Of a stretch of DNA of 64,000 bases, positions 19,023 to 30,100 are shown piece by piece (position 1 is the first letter of the stretch; the number at the start of each line of letters is the position of its first letter). This DNA is from an uncultured bacterium (GTDB taxonomy: Bacteria > Oederibacteriota > JAAXVQ01 > JAUVAV01), in assembly GCA_963710755.1 (NCBI GenBank), contig CAVQBK010000003.1, forward strand, positions 1,216,001 through 1,280,000. Reading direction: 5' to 3'. Both the position numbers and the translations under genes were made by a program. The notes beneath the pieces are model-generated. The model saw only the letters and a list, made by a program, of their open reading frames with translations, was not told the DNA's origin and did not search any database.

Positions 19023-19694
19023 ATGAAATTTTGGCTGGCAGAACATGCGGATTTCATTTTTTATACTATTTTTATTGCCCTTGGTGTGGGAGAAGTGCTC
19101 CTGCGCTATATTCTGCAGGTGACCAAGGACAATAAAGTATTGGAATGGGTTGACTCGGCCTTTATTGCCATTGTGCTGGCCACGGTGATCCGTTTCTTTT
19201 TAATCCAGACTTTTATCATTCCTTCCAGTTCCATGGAAAATACCCTGCTTATTGGCGACCAATTGATTGTCAATAAATTCACCTATGGGCTGAAAGTGCC
19301 CTTTACCAACAAGTTTTTCATTCGATTCAAGGATCCTCAGCGTGGGGATATTATTGTTTTTAACGCTGTTGATCGCAAAGGCATGAAGCTGATCAAACGA
19401 TGCATTGCCATCCCCGGCGACGTGGTTGAAATGAAAGACAAAATAGTGTACATTAACGGCGAAAAGCAAAATGAACCCTATGTGATTTACCGCGACCAAA
19501 CCATTGAACCTCGACCCTACCCACGGGATAATTTCGGCCCCATCACCATTCCCAAGGATCATTATTTGATGCTTGGCGACAACCGGGACCGGTCCGCGGA
19601 TTCGCGCTACTGGGGCTTGTTGCCAAGGAACATGATCGAAGGCAAGGCCTGGGTCATTTATTGGCCCATGCACCGGTGGCGGGTGATTAAATAA
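19023..19694 (+). CDS. lepB: Signal peptidase I
   Basis: Two N-terminal TM helices, IPSSSMENTL (catalytic Ser), LIKR (catalytic Lys), GDNRDRSADSRYWG. RBS GGAGG before ATG 19023. Confidence 0.96.
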   Translation: MKFWLAEHADFIFYTIFIALGVGEVLLRYILQVTKDNKVLEWVDSAFIAIVLATVIRFFLIQTFIIPSSSMENTLLIGDQLIVNKFTYGLKVPFTNKFFIRFKDPQRGDIIVFNAVDRKGMKLIKRCIAIPGDVVEMKDKIVYINGEKQNEPYVIYRDQTIEPRPYPRDNFGPITIPKDHYLMLGDNRDRSADSRYWGLLPRNMIEGKAWVIYWPMHRWRVIK

Positions 19695-19826
19695 TCTTCC
19701 TTTGTTGGATTGCAAGAACTCAATACCCCAGGCGAGCCTAAGGCACTTAACTATATCGCGGAAAAGACCTTCTGTTAAACACCTCCATGGTGTTGTCACG
19801 ACCGCTGGCTTTGAAAAAACATTTCG

Positions 19827-19854
19827 GCAGGGCACAGGCAGGCCTGTACCCTGC
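19827..19854. repeat. GTAG-type REP-like palindrome
   Basis: GCAGGGCACAGGC-AG-GCCTGTACCCTGC; similar element at 30809-30836. Confidence 0.5.
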
Positions 19855-19931
19855 ACTGCGTTAACCAAGGACTGGCATGACGGCTTTTCTGCAATAGAAA
19901 ATATGCCCATGTCCACCCGGAAGGTGCTGAT

Positions 19932-21416
19932 ATGAAACCAACAACCGTGATGGCCGCCAGTCTAGTTCTTGTCATGACATGGGCATGGACTGCCTTATTG
20001 GAGGTCCAGGCCGAAACACCCTCACCCTCCACTTCCCAAAAAGTAATCTATATTCCCGTTAACACTGAAGTTCAATACGGCCTGTCGGGGTTTATCAAAC
20101 GGGCCATGTCCGAGGCCAAGGAAAAACAGGTCAACGCCATTATTCTGGGCATTGATACTTTTGGCGGCCGGGTGGACTCGGCCTTGGACATTGTCAATGA
20201 AATCGATGCCAGCGACGGTATTCCAGTGGTGGCCTACGTGCTGGACAAGGCCTGGTCCGCCGGTGCGCTGATTGCCCTGGGGTGCAATGCTATCTACATG
20301 AAGCCCGGCAGTTCCATTGGCTCAGCCACCCCCGTGGCCAGCGGGGGCCCTACGGGCAAGACCGAAGCTCTTAGCGAAAAATATGTTTCCGCCATTCGCG
20401 CCAAATTTCGTTCCATTGCTGAAAAAAACGGCTACCCGGCCAACCTGGCTGCAGCCATGGTGGACAAGGATCTGGAAGTCAAGGAAGTTGTGGTGGACAA
20501 GCAAAAACGCTATTTGACGGACGCTGAAATTAACCTACTCAAAACTCAGGGTAAGAAAATAAAAATTGGACCGGTGATTACGGAAAAAGGCAAACTCCTC
20601 AATTTGACCGCCGAGCAGGCCGTGGACGTGCTTCTGGCCAAAGGCCTGGAACCGAGCATGTCCGATTTATTAAAGGCCATGGGCATGCCTGGGGCTAAAG
20701 TGATCAATGTAAAAAGAAACTGGGCGGAACATTTTGCCAGCTTTATCACCAGCAGCATGATCAGCGGGTTGCTTTTACTGGTGGGCTTGGTAGCCCTGTA
20801 TACAGAATTGACCCATCCTGGTTTCGGTTGGGCTGGGGTGATTGGTCTGCTTTGTCTGGGCTTGCTCTTCTGGGGGAAATACGTGGTTAACCTGGCGCAA
20901 ATGACGGATCTGGTTTTGTTTCTTATTGGGGTGGTGCTGTTGCTGGTGGAGATTTTTGTCATTCCCGGGTTTGGGATCACTGGTATTGCCGGGCTGCTTT
21001 TTATGGCCGCCGGCCTTTACCTGGCCTTTGTGCCCTTTGTGGTGCCTAAAATGCCCTGGGATTTTAATATTTTCTACGCCACGGTGACTATTCTGCTGCT
21101 GGCAGGACTAGGCAGTGTGGCTGGATTTTTGACCTTGATGCACTTTTTGCCGGAACTGCCGGGACTAAAGCGGCTGGTATTGACCACAGCCCTCAAACCG
21201 GGACTGGCCAAAGGGGAAAAAGGACCGCTTCATTCCCTCAAAGTGGGCCAGGAAGGGGAAGTGCTTTCTGATTTACGTCCCGTGGGCAAAGCCCGCTTCG
21301 CGATGGTGATTGTAGATGCCGTGGCGGAAACAGGTTATCTGGGAAAAGGTACGGCGGTTAAAATTATTAAGATCGAAGGCAACCGCATCATGGTACGGGA
21401 AGTCACGGGCGCCTAA
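19932..21416 (+). CDS. nfeD: NfeD family membrane-bound ClpP-like serine protease (YqeZ-like)
   Basis: IDTFGGRVDSA, AWSAGALIAL, IGSATPV, TM bundle with EIFVIPGFG, and C-terminal OB domain LRPVGKA. Confidence 0.92.
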   Translation: MKPTTVMAASLVLVMTWAWTALLEVQAETPSPSTSQKVIYIPVNTEVQYGLSGFIKRAMSEAKEKQVNAIILGIDTFGGRVDSALDIVNEIDASDGIPVVAYVLDKAWSAGALIALGCNAIYMKPGSSIGSATPVASGGPTGKTEALSEKYVSAIRAKFRSIAEKNGYPANLAAAMVDKDLEVKEVVVDKQKRYLTDAEINLLKTQGKKIKIGPVITEKGKLLNLTAEQAVDVLLAKGLEPSMSDLLKAMGMPGAKVINVKRNWAEHFASFITSSMISGLLLLVGLVALYTELTHPGFGWAGVIGLLCLGLLFWGKYVVNLAQMTDLVLFLIGVVLLLVEIFVIPGFGITGIAGLLFMAAGLYLAFVPFVVPKMPWDFNIFYATVTILLLAGLGSVAGFLTLMHFLPELPGLKRLVLTTALKPGLAKGEKGPLHSLKVGQEGEVLSDLRPVGKARFAMVIVDAVAETGYLGKGTAVKIIKIEGNRIMVREVTGA

Positions 21417-21478
21417 AGACCATCCCTTCCCGGTGCGCTTGGGGTTGCCAACATCATATCACATAAGGAGACTTGATT

Positions 21479-22477
21479 ATGCCTGCTATTATGATGCCCT
21501 TGGTGTTTTTGATTGTCGGCCTGCTGTTGTTTGTGGCCATTATCATTATCTTATCTTTTTTCGGACTCTGGCTGCGGGCCCGTTTGTCCGGGGTCAGGGT
21601 GACTTATTCCAATCTGATTGGTATGTCCTTGCGCAAGGTTTCTTCCAACACCATTGTGCAAGCCATGATCATGTCCACCAAAGCGGGCTTACAGCTCTCC
21701 ATTGCCGAATTGGAAGCCCATTATCTGGCAGGCGGTAATGTGACCCGCGTGGTCGCGGCCCTGATCGCGGCCAACAAGGCGGATATTGAACTCAGCTTTC
21801 ACCGGGCTGCAGCCATTGACCTGGCCGGACGGGATGTGCTCGATGCGGTCAAGACCAGCGTCAATCCCAAGGTCATTGACTGCCCCAGTCAGGATAGCGG
21901 TAAAATGTCCATTGAAGCCGTGGCCGGCGACGGCATCCAGCTCAGGGCCAAGGCCAGGGTCACGGTGCGGGCCAATATCGAGCGCCTCATCGGCGGGGCC
22001 ACGGAAGAGACTATCATTGCCCGCGTGGGCGAGGGCATTGTCACCACCATCGGGTCCGCCAAAACCCACAAAGAAGTTCTGGAAAACCCTGATTTGATTT
22101 CCAAACGGGTTCTGGATAAAGGACTGGATTCAGGCACGGCGTTTGAAATCCTGTCTATTGATATTGCCGATGTGGACGTGGGCAGGAACATCGGCGCCGC
22201 GTTGCAGACCGACCAGGCGGAAGCGGACAAGAAGGTTGCCCAGGCCCGGGCGGAGCAGCGCCGCGCCATGGCTATTGCCCAGGAACAGGAAATGAAAGCC
22301 AAGACCCAGGAAAACCGCGCCAAGGTCGTGGCCGCCGAAGCGGAGATCCCCCAGGCTATTGCCGATGCGTTTCGTTCCGGCCATTTGGGCATCATGGATT
22401 ATTACCGTATGCGTAACATCCAGGCGGATACGGAAATGCGCGATGCCATCTCCAAGGGCGAGCCGGAAAAGAAATAA
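21479..22477 (+). CDS. floA: Flotillin-like protein FloA (YqfA family)
   Basis: [37 protein letters not shown] and [12 protein letters not shown]; follows nfeD. Confidence 0.95.
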   Translation: MPAIMMPLVFLIVGLLLFVAIIIILSFFGLWLRARLSGVRVTYSNLIGMSLRKVSSNTIVQAMIMSTKAGLQLSIAELEAHYLAGGNVTRVVAALIAANKADIELSFHRAAAIDLAGRDVLDAVKTSVNPKVIDCPSQDSGKMSIEAVAGDGIQLRAKARVTVRANIERLIGGATEETIIARVGEGIVTTIGSAKTHKEVLENPDLISKRVLDKGLDSGTAFEILSIDIADVDVGRNIGAALQTDQAEADKKVAQARAEQRRAMAIAQEQEMKAKTQENRAKVVAAEAEIPQAIADAFRSGHLGIMDYYRMRNIQADTEMRDAISKGEPEKK

Positions 22478-22504
22478 ATACCGTCACAATGCCGCAGGAA
22501 GCAG

Positions 22505-22918
22505 GTGTGCCTAATGGCCAGCAACAGCACTAAAGAAATTATGGATTTGTTAACCACCTTGGGCTTTGTCCTGCTTATGGTACTGCCGTTTTTAAGGAGA
22601 AAAAAAAAGACGACCTCAACGCCCGGGCAGGATGGAAATCCGCCTGTTCCGGACGCAGGCAACACGCCGCCAAAGCCATCGCCGGCTGAGCGCCTCGAGG
22701 CCAAGCCTGTCCATCAAAGCACGTTGACCTCAGGGCCTGGGCTGCAACGCAGATCAAAGCCGGCCTCGCCCTTGGTGGTGGAAGAGGTGGTGATCATGGA
22801 ACCATCGGAAGTCTCATCAACCAGGCCGGCCAGAACCTGGCCGGGTATGCGTAAGCCGCGGGCTTTACGGCGGGCAGTAATTATGAAAGAAATTCTGGAC
22901 AAGCCCAAAGGATGGTAG
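22505..22918 (+). CDS. Small membrane-anchored protein following floA (YqfB-like position)
   Basis: N-terminal TM, Pro-rich middle and C-terminal LRRAVIMKEILDKP, typical of third genes of nfeD-floA operons. Start uncertain (ATG 22514 or 22541). Confidence 0.65.
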   Translation: MCLMASNSTKEIMDLLTTLGFVLLMVLPFLRRKKKTTSTPGQDGNPPVPDAGNTPPKPSPAERLEAKPVHQSTLTSGPGLQRRSKPASPLVVEEVVIMEPSEVSSTRPARTWPGMRKPRALRRAVIMKEILDKPKGW

Positions 22919-23027
22919 ACCCCTGCGCAAGACTAATTCTTGTTGCAGAAAACAATGGTGGTCATTTCAAGTTCCCGTCACCCGGGCTAAAACCATGCCG
23001 GGCTTTAGAATAGAGCTTCAAAAATGA

Positions 23028-23059
23028 CTGGATTCCCGCTAAGATCATGCAGGAATGAC
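23028..23059. repeat. REP-like palindrome (CTGGATTCCCGC...GGAATGAC type)
   Basis: ctggattcccgctaagatcatgcaggaatgac resembles widespread short intergenic repeats of the GTCATTCCCGC...GGGAATCCAG type. Confidence 0.5.
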
Positions 23060-23136
23060 GACTACGGCCGGATGTCATTTTTTGAAAAAGACTTTCCGCA
23101 ATGTAAACGAGCTACAATCGGTTGAAGTTTAACCCG

Positions 23137-23165
23137 TTGACATGGTTGCAGGCATTTTGTATGAT
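23137..23165 (+). promoter_or_regulatory. Near-consensus sigma70 promoter upstream of the sugar-phosphate operon
   Basis: TTGACA-N17-TATGAT. Confidence 0.85.
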
Positions 23166-23170
23166 GACCT

Positions 23171-23314
23171 CTTTCCCGTAGAGTAAAGTCTTACCGAAGT
23201 GCTGATTGCCGTAACCCGCAATGGCTATGCCCGGCCAGAGGACTCTCAGAGAGGGCTTGTCCTGCTTGGTGAGCATCCGAAGCTCATCCGCTATAAACAC
23301 GCACTCGCGGAAAG
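23171..23314 (+). ncRNA. Candidate structured leader or small RNA (unassigned family)
   Basis: Begins at the predicted TSS. The 5' end ctttcccgtagagt pairs with the 3' end actcgcggaaag, with internal hairpins between them. Confidence 0.35.
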
Positions 23315-23338
23315 TAAAAAATGGAAGAAGGTGATGAC

Positions 23339-23983
23339 ATGGCGCAAGCAGTTATATTTGATTTGGACGGTGTAATTGTGGATACGGCCAAATTTCATTA
23401 TGAGGGTTGGAAAAAATTGGCCGACGAGCTGGGTGTGCCTTTTGACGAGAAAGCCAATGAAAAATTACGGGGTATCCCCCGCCGGGAATCATTAATCGCC
23501 ATGCTGGGCTATACTCCGGACGAAGATAAAATTAAAGATTATACAGACAGGAAGAACAATTATTATTTGGAAAAAGTCAAGACGCTGAAACCAAAAGACA
23601 CCCTGCCCGGGGCCAGAGCATTGATCGACAATCTCAAAGCTGCCGGCTTTAAAGTGGCCGTGGCTTCTTCTTCCAAGAATGCACGGCTGGTGCTTGATTT
23701 GCTGGAGATGACGTCCATCTTTGATGCTATCGTGGACGGCAACGAAATAAGCCAAGGCAAGCCGGATCCGGAATTGTTTCTCAAGGCTGCGGCCATGCTC
23801 CAAGTGGAGCCCGCTCACTGTCTGGTGGTGGAAGACGCAGCCTCCGGCGTGGACGCTGCCCTGGCCGGCGGCATGAAAGCGCTGGGGTTGGGCCAGCCTG
23901 ACACTTTGGGTAAAGCCCAGCGGGTAGTGGATAGCCTGGAAAAAATTGATGTTACAGCAGTAAAAGCCTTGATCGCCGGCTGA
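23339..23983 (+). CDS. pgmB: Beta-phosphoglucomutase (HAD family)
   Basis: FDLDGVIVDTA..HY..W, NEKLRG..R.ESL, VASSSKNA, KPDPELFL and EDA..GV. Confidence 0.9.
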   Translation: MAQAVIFDLDGVIVDTAKFHYEGWKKLADELGVPFDEKANEKLRGIPRRESLIAMLGYTPDEDKIKDYTDRKNNYYLEKVKTLKPKDTLPGARALIDNLKAAGFKVAVASSSKNARLVLDLLEMTSIFDAIVDGNEISQGKPDPELFLKAAAMLQVEPAHCLVVEDAASGVDAALAGGMKALGLGQPDTLGKAQRVVDSLEKIDVTAVKALIAG

Positions 23984-24026
23984 CTTGGTCACGCCCCGGC
24001 ATGAGGACAACACTTTTGATTTTGAG

Positions 24027-25271
24027 ATGCTCATGACCAGATCCTTTAAAGATGCGCCCAGACCATTAAAGATAATACCTCAACTGCAATCCTATGTCTG
24101 GGGACAGCCGGCAATCCATTCCTCCATTTTAAAATTCCTCGATCAACCAGTGGCCAAGGGCAGGGTGCAAGGCCCAATTGCCGAACTCTGGGTGGGCACC
24201 CATGCCCAGAATCCGGCTTTGGTGGAGAACGATGGTCAAGTCATGACCTTACAGCAACTGATAGAGGAAGAAGCTACGGCTATTCTCGGACCTGACCAGC
24301 AAGACATGCCTTATATGTTTAAAATCCTTGATGCCGGGGCGGCCCTCTCCTGGCAGCTGCATGAACAGGGGGAAGCGTTTGCCAAACCGGAGACTTGGAC
24401 TTTTCTGCTGACACCGGCCCTACTGGCAACAGGCTACGATGGAGTAGTGCTTGAATTGTACATCGGCTTCCGCCGGCCCGAGGACATGGATCAAGGGCAA
24501 TTGGCGGCTTTTATTAAGGCCAGTCGGGATCACCAGGATCTGGCCGGTCACTACCAGCAGCACTATCATCAAGTGCTGAAGGGCAGTATTAATGATCCCC
24601 AAGGGGAGCAGGTCAAGGCATTCAGCAATCATATTCAGGTAAAATTGGAAGCGGGTCAGGCGGAATTATATCTTAACGGTATTAAACAACCGCTGGAGGT
24701 AAAGGCCCATGTGGGGCTGCTGGACGGTCATCTCACGGTCAATATCCCCGCAGGCACAGTGCACGCTTTGATCAAGGGAATGGTCTTTGAAGTACAAAAA
24801 GCTGTGGACAAGACCCTTCGCCTCTATGATCATGGCCGCTGCCATCCGGAGCGGCCGTTGCATATCGACGAAGCGCAAACGCAAATGGATTTTCAACCAC
24901 GGGCAGCCTTGGACTTCATTTCCCGACCTATACGCCAGCAAGCAGGCGGGGTCAATTTGGTGCTCACCTCGGTCTATACGGTGGACCTTTTTATTCTGGG
25001 CCGCAAGCAGGAACAAAAATCGCTGACCTGTGACCTTCATGAGCGTGGTCAGCTGCTGGTGGTTGTGCAGGGGCAAGGTACCCTGACCAGCACTGCCGGC
25101 GTCCAAACCATGAAGGCAGGGGACATTCTTCTTATACCGGCGGCACTGGGGCATTACACCTTGGCCAGTGAAAACCATCTGGACGTTCTTAAAATCGCGG
25201 TGCGTCACCACTCTAACCCCGGGGAAGAAGAAGTTGTGCGTCAGCGCGGTCATGAGTTCTGGGAGAAATAA
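24027..25271 (+). CDS. manA: Mannose-6-phosphate isomerase, type I (cupin); start uncertain
   Basis: YVWG, AELWVGTH, KILDA..ALSWQLH, KPETW, IPAGTVHA and EVQ...D.T.RLYDHGR...RPLH. Confidence 0.8.
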   Translation: MLMTRSFKDAPRPLKIIPQLQSYVWGQPAIHSSILKFLDQPVAKGRVQGPIAELWVGTHAQNPALVENDGQVMTLQQLIEEEATAILGPDQQDMPYMFKILDAGAALSWQLHEQGEAFAKPETWTFLLTPALLATGYDGVVLELYIGFRRPEDMDQGQLAAFIKASRDHQDLAGHYQQHYHQVLKGSINDPQGEQVKAFSNHIQVKLEAGQAELYLNGIKQPLEVKAHVGLLDGHLTVNIPAGTVHALIKGMVFEVQKAVDKTLRLYDHGRCHPERPLHIDEAQTQMDFQPRAALDFISRPIRQQAGGVNLVLTSVYTVDLFILGRKQEQKSLTCDLHERGQLLVVVQGQGTLTSTAGVQTMKAGDILLIPAALGHYTLASENHLDVLKIAVRHHSNPGEEEVVRQRGHEFWEK

Positions 25272-25285
25272 TCAAAGGAAAAAGC

Positions 25286-26941
25286 ATGCTTAAATTCGGT
25301 ACCAGCGGTCTTAGAGGCCTGGTCACGGAGATGACCGACAAGGAAGTTTTTATTAATACACGGGGCTTCATGGCCTATCTTATTCAGCATGGCCTGATCA
25401 CAGCCGGCGATGAGGTGTTCCTGGCCGGTGACTTGCGTCAAAGTACAGCTCAGATCTTGCTGGCGGTGGCCGCCGCGGTAAAGGATAGTGGCCACAAGAG
25501 CCGCTATGCCGGCCGGTGCCCAACACCGGCGCTCATGGCCTTCGGGCTGCACCAGCACCGGGCCAGCATTATGGTCACAGGCAGCCATATTCCAGGAGAC
25601 CGCAATGGCATTAAATTTAATAAACCGGATGGTGAAATTTTAAAAGCCGATGAACCGGCTATTTTAGATGCAGTGCACCAGTGGCGCGAACAAGTGGGAC
25701 AAGACCCGTATGCGGACTGGTTCGACCAAGGGGGGAAGTTTCGAGTGCCTCCCCAGGAGTTGCCGCAGCCCGATGCTGCGGCGATGGCTTTTTATGAGCG
25801 CCGCTATCTTGAGTTTTTTCCGGCCGGGATGCTGGCGGGCAAGAAAATCGTGGTGGATCAACATTCCGCCGTAGGCAGGGATTTCCTGCCCAAACTGCTG
25901 ACGGCCTTGGGCGCCCAGGTGGTGACCGACGGCCGCACTGATTATTTTGTGGCCATTGACACTGAAAATGTCACCGCCGAAGCACAGGCGCGCTTCCGGG
26001 CCCTGGCTCAAAAGCACCGGCCCTTTGCCATTGTGTCCACTGATGGGGATAGCGACCGGCCATTTATCCTGGATGACCAGGGACGGTTTTATCGCGGCGA
26101 CCTGGTGGGCGCCATGGTCGCCTCCTATTTACAGGCCCGTTTTGCCGCCTTGCCCATAAGCACCAACGACGCGGTGCTGCGTTTTTTGGAACAAAAGGGC
26201 ATTGCTTATCAATTGACCAAAATTGGTTCGCCCTATGTGATTGCCGCTATGAACGGGGCAGCCCAAGAGGGTGAGGAGCAGGTCGTGGGCTGGGAAGTTA
26301 ACGGCGGATTTATGACCGCCACGGCTTGCCAAAGAGAAGGGCGGTTTTTGGAATCTTTACCCACGCGCGATGCCCTGTTGCCGATCCTGGTGGTGCTCTA
26401 TCTGGCCGTGCAAGCAGGCGGCCTGGACAAGGTTTTTGACCACCTGCCGCAACGGTTTACCCAAGCCGGGCTGCTTGACCATTTTTCTGTGACCGTGGCC
26501 AAAACCATCATCACCACTTTATCTTCTCCAGAACAGGCCGCCCAGGAAGTTTGCTTTGAACAGGCACAGCAAGCGTTCCTTAATCCGCCCCATGCACCCC
26601 GGCAAGCGCCTTTTCAGCCGGCCTCAGCCTTGAGCCCACAGGCTTTTTGGAGCACCGGGCCCCATGAGCCGGCGATTATCAAAGCTACTTTGGAAGCACA
26701 TTATTTTACGCCTGAGCTTGGCTTTGACAATATTAAGGCGATTAATTGGCTTGATGGCGTGCGGCTTTATTTCCATAACCATGACATTGTGCATATCCGG
26801 CCATCGGGCAATGCACCTCAATTAAGACTCTATGCCAACTGCGATCACCAAGAGCGCGCCGATGCTATTGTGACCCAAGGCTTGGCCTCCGGGGGTATAC
26901 TGCGCCAGATGGAACGGGATATCGCCGAAGCCAAGGCGTGA
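25286..26941 (+). CDS. Alpha-D-phosphohexomutase (phosphomannomutase/phosphoglucomutase)
   Basis: FGTSGLRG, TGSHIP (phospho-Ser), DGDSDR, GWEVNGG and IRPSGNAP. Confidence 0.93.
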   Translation: MLKFGTSGLRGLVTEMTDKEVFINTRGFMAYLIQHGLITAGDEVFLAGDLRQSTAQILLAVAAAVKDSGHKSRYAGRCPTPALMAFGLHQHRASIMVTGSHIPGDRNGIKFNKPDGEILKADEPAILDAVHQWREQVGQDPYADWFDQGGKFRVPPQELPQPDAAAMAFYERRYLEFFPAGMLAGKKIVVDQHSAVGRDFLPKLLTALGAQVVTDGRTDYFVAIDTENVTAEAQARFRALAQKHRPFAIVSTDGDSDRPFILDDQGRFYRGDLVGAMVASYLQARFAALPISTNDAVLRFLEQKGIAYQLTKIGSPYVIAAMNGAAQEGEEQVVGWEVNGGFMTATACQREGRFLESLPTRDALLPILVVLYLAVQAGGLDKVFDHLPQRFTQAGLLDHFSVTVAKTIITTLSSPEQAAQEVCFEQAQQAFLNPPHAPRQAPFQPASALSPQAFWSTGPHEPAIIKATLEAHYFTPELGFDNIKAINWLDGVRLYFHNHDIVHIRPSGNAPQLRLYANCDHQERADAIVTQGLASGGILRQMERDIAEAKA

Positions 26942-27029
26942 AGGTGCACGTATTAAAGGCCGATTTAAAAAAAGCTTGTGATTAGAGAAAAATTGCTTTA
27001 AACTCTTCGCTCAGAATCACTACGGTGCC

Positions 27030-27059
27030 GCCTGCTAAAGGATATTTAGCAGGCTTTTT
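27030..27059 (+). terminator. Rho-independent terminator or attenuator between the mutase and the GH94 gene
   Basis: gcctgctaaa-ggata-tttagcaggc-ttttt. Confidence 0.8.
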
Positions 27060-27147
27060 AATAAGTTAATAATAAATAAAATTCCATTCGACTCGAATTC
27101 CCTGCGGCTTGCCGCGGCTTCATTTTTTCAATTGAAGGAGTGTTTCC

Positions 27148-30100
27148 ATGCTGACTCTGAAAGACAGTAATGCGCTCAAGAAGATTAGCTTAAGCAACAA
27201 ACAGGGCCTGACCTTTGAATACCTGGAAAATGGATCGCTCTATGCCATGAAGCATGAGGACATCCTGATCAATCAGCTTTTGGGAACACCCTTGGAGAGC
27301 AGTGTTCAGAACATTTACCTTCGTCTTCAGCAAGGGTCGGGTTATGTGACGACACCCCTCCTAGGCCCGCAGTCACCGAGTACCTTTTATCATTCCGATC
27401 AGCAGTTGCGTTGGACAGGCAGTTTTAAAGGGGTGACCTACAGTTGTGCACTAACGCTCGCGTCCAAAGACAAGGCCTGGTTTTGGTCGGTGGAATTGGA
27501 GAACACGAACGCTCGGTCCATGACGGCGGATCTAATGCTCGTCCAGGACCTGGCCTTGGCCAATGCCGGTGCCGTGCGTTTGAATGAAGCCTATGTGAGC
27601 CAGTACATTGATCATACGGTGTTAAAACACGCCCAGCGGGGCTTTGTCCTCAATGCCCGGCAGAACCAGGCTCAGGGCAAATGTTTTCCGGCCGTAGCCC
27701 ACGGCTGCTTGGGCAAAGGCATTGGGTTTGCCACCGATGGTTTTCAGTTTTACGGTCTTGATTATAAAGAGACCAATAAGCCCCAAGCCTTGAAAGAAAA
27801 AAAACTACCCAATCAAGTTCTGCAATATGAGTTTGCCATGGCGGTGCTTCAATGCGCGCCCTTGACCTTGACCAAAGCCAAGCCGCGCCACACCGGCTTT
27901 TTCGGATATTACAACAACCATCAACCGCAAGCCACGTCCGGCCAACTGCTGGCGCAGATTGACCGTGTACTAAGTCAGGCGTCCCGGGGAACAGCAGCTA
28001 AGCATCGGGAAACGCAAATTACCCAATCGCGATCGCTCTTTGACCAAAGCCCGCTGTTTCAAAGCCAGGAGCTTACACCGCGGGAGATAGAGCGCTTTTT
28101 TCCGGGAGCTAAAAGGCATATTGAAAAAAAGGGTAATAAAACTCATTCCTTTTTCTATAGTGATCACTATTATGTGGCGTTTAAAGCCAAGGAACGCTTA
28201 AGCGAGCGTCCCCACGGTCATATTCTGCGTTCCGGCCGTGACCTGACCCCCAGTGATCACATTTTGTCCACCACCGCCTTTATGACCGGACTGTTTAATG
28301 CCCAGGTCACGGTGGGCAATACTTCCTTTAACAAGTTGATCGGGGTGACACGCAACCATCTCAATGTGCTTAAAAGCAGCGGTCAACGCTTGTTCATTAA
28401 GACCAAAAACGGCTATGAACTGCTGGGAATGCCCTCGGCTTTTGAAATGGGGCTTAATCATTGCCGTTGGATTTATAAAAGTCGTAACCTTACGGTGATC
28501 GTGAAAACCTGGACGTCTATGGACCTTCCCGCCTGCTTTACCGAAGTCAGTTTTGAAGGCAAGGTCAAAGCCGAAGTATTGTTAACCTATCAAATGGTCA
28601 TGGGCAACAATGAATGGGATGCAGCCGGTCGCCTCAACATTGACAATAAAACCAAGCGGGTCGAATGCCTGAGCGCCCAATCGGAATTGATGGCACGTCA
28701 ATATCCACAAGCGGCCTTTTATGTTTTACCGGCTGCCAAGAGCAGCATTGCAGCGGTCGGTGGTGATGAGTTGTTGTTTCAAGACGGCCAACGCCGGGCT
28801 TATCCCTATCTGGTATTTAAAAGCAATCCGGTTAAGTCCATCACCATGATCATGACCGGTAATGTGGTCAACCGTAAAGAAGCGCAAGCCCAGGCTCAAA
28901 CCATGGCCAAGGCTGTGATGCCCTATGCCAAAACATTGGCCCTGGCCCACGAGTATTGGAGCAGCTTCTGCAATCAAGCCGTCCTGGCTATCCCCAAAAA
29001 GGGGACGGGGTTGGAACGGCTCGATGATATTCTCTATTGGTATTTCCACAATGCCATGATTCACTACCTTACACCCCATGGATTGGAACAATATAGCGGT
29101 GCAGCCTGGGGCCTGCGCGACGTCTGCCAAGGTCCGGTGGAAATGCTGGTGGCCACCAGAAATTACGGCACCTTGAAACAGGTGCTCAAGATGATCTTTA
29201 GTCATCAATTTGCAGAAACCGGTGATTGGCCGCAATGGTTTATGTTTGACCGGTATCAGGAAATCCAGGCACCTGACAGCCATGGCGACATCATAGTCTG
29301 GCCCATCAAAGCAGTATGCGATTATATTGAACACAGCAATGACACCGCTATCCTGAAAGAAAAAATCCCCTATACTTCGGAAAAAACGAAGCGCATGCTC
29401 AAGGAGAAGGTATCTTTACTAGCCCATATCCAAAAAGAGATTGCCAAGATCAAAGCCAACTGCGTTCCTGGCACGGCGCTGATTAGCTATGGCCATGGCG
29501 ATTGGGAAGACACCCTGCAGCCGGCTGATCCGGAAATGCGTAAAAAAATGATCAGCAGCTGGACTGTGGAGTTGACCTACCAGACCCTCCGCCGTTTCAG
29601 CCGCATTTGCCGCAAGCTCAATGAGGCTAAGCTGGCGGATGACCTCGATGCTTTTACTGAAAAAATGAAGGTGGATTTCAACACCTATCTGGTCAAAAAC
29701 AAGGTGGCTGCGGGGTTGGTATTTTTTCACAGTAAAAAAGATATTGAATACATCCTTCATCCTGATGATCAACGCACAGGCATTAAGTATCGGCTGCTGC
29801 CCATGACCAGGGGCATGATCAGTGAGCTGTTGAGCAAGCCTCAGATGGAGCACCATTACCGGCTGATTAACCGGCATTTGTTGTTTCCCGACGGCGTGCG
29901 GCTTATGGAAAAGCCCATTCCCTACCGCGGTGGCATTGAAAAACACTTCAAACGGGCGGAAACAGCCTCTTGCTTCGGACGGGAAATCAGTCTGCAATAT
30001 GTGCATGCCCATATTCGCTATATCGAAGCCTTGGCCAAAATCGGCCAGCCGGAAGCCATTTATAAGGCCTTACTTGCCATCAACCCCATTGATATCCGGC

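Noticed and set aside
19702-19935. 77-aa ORF between lepB and nfeD
   Set aside because: TTG start, no motif, and it spans a REP-like palindrome.
23171-23314. Firm assignment as 6S RNA, SRP RNA or a known riboswitch
   Set aside because: No diagnostic sequence motif is recognisable and the closing stem is short for 6S; kept only as an unassigned candidate.
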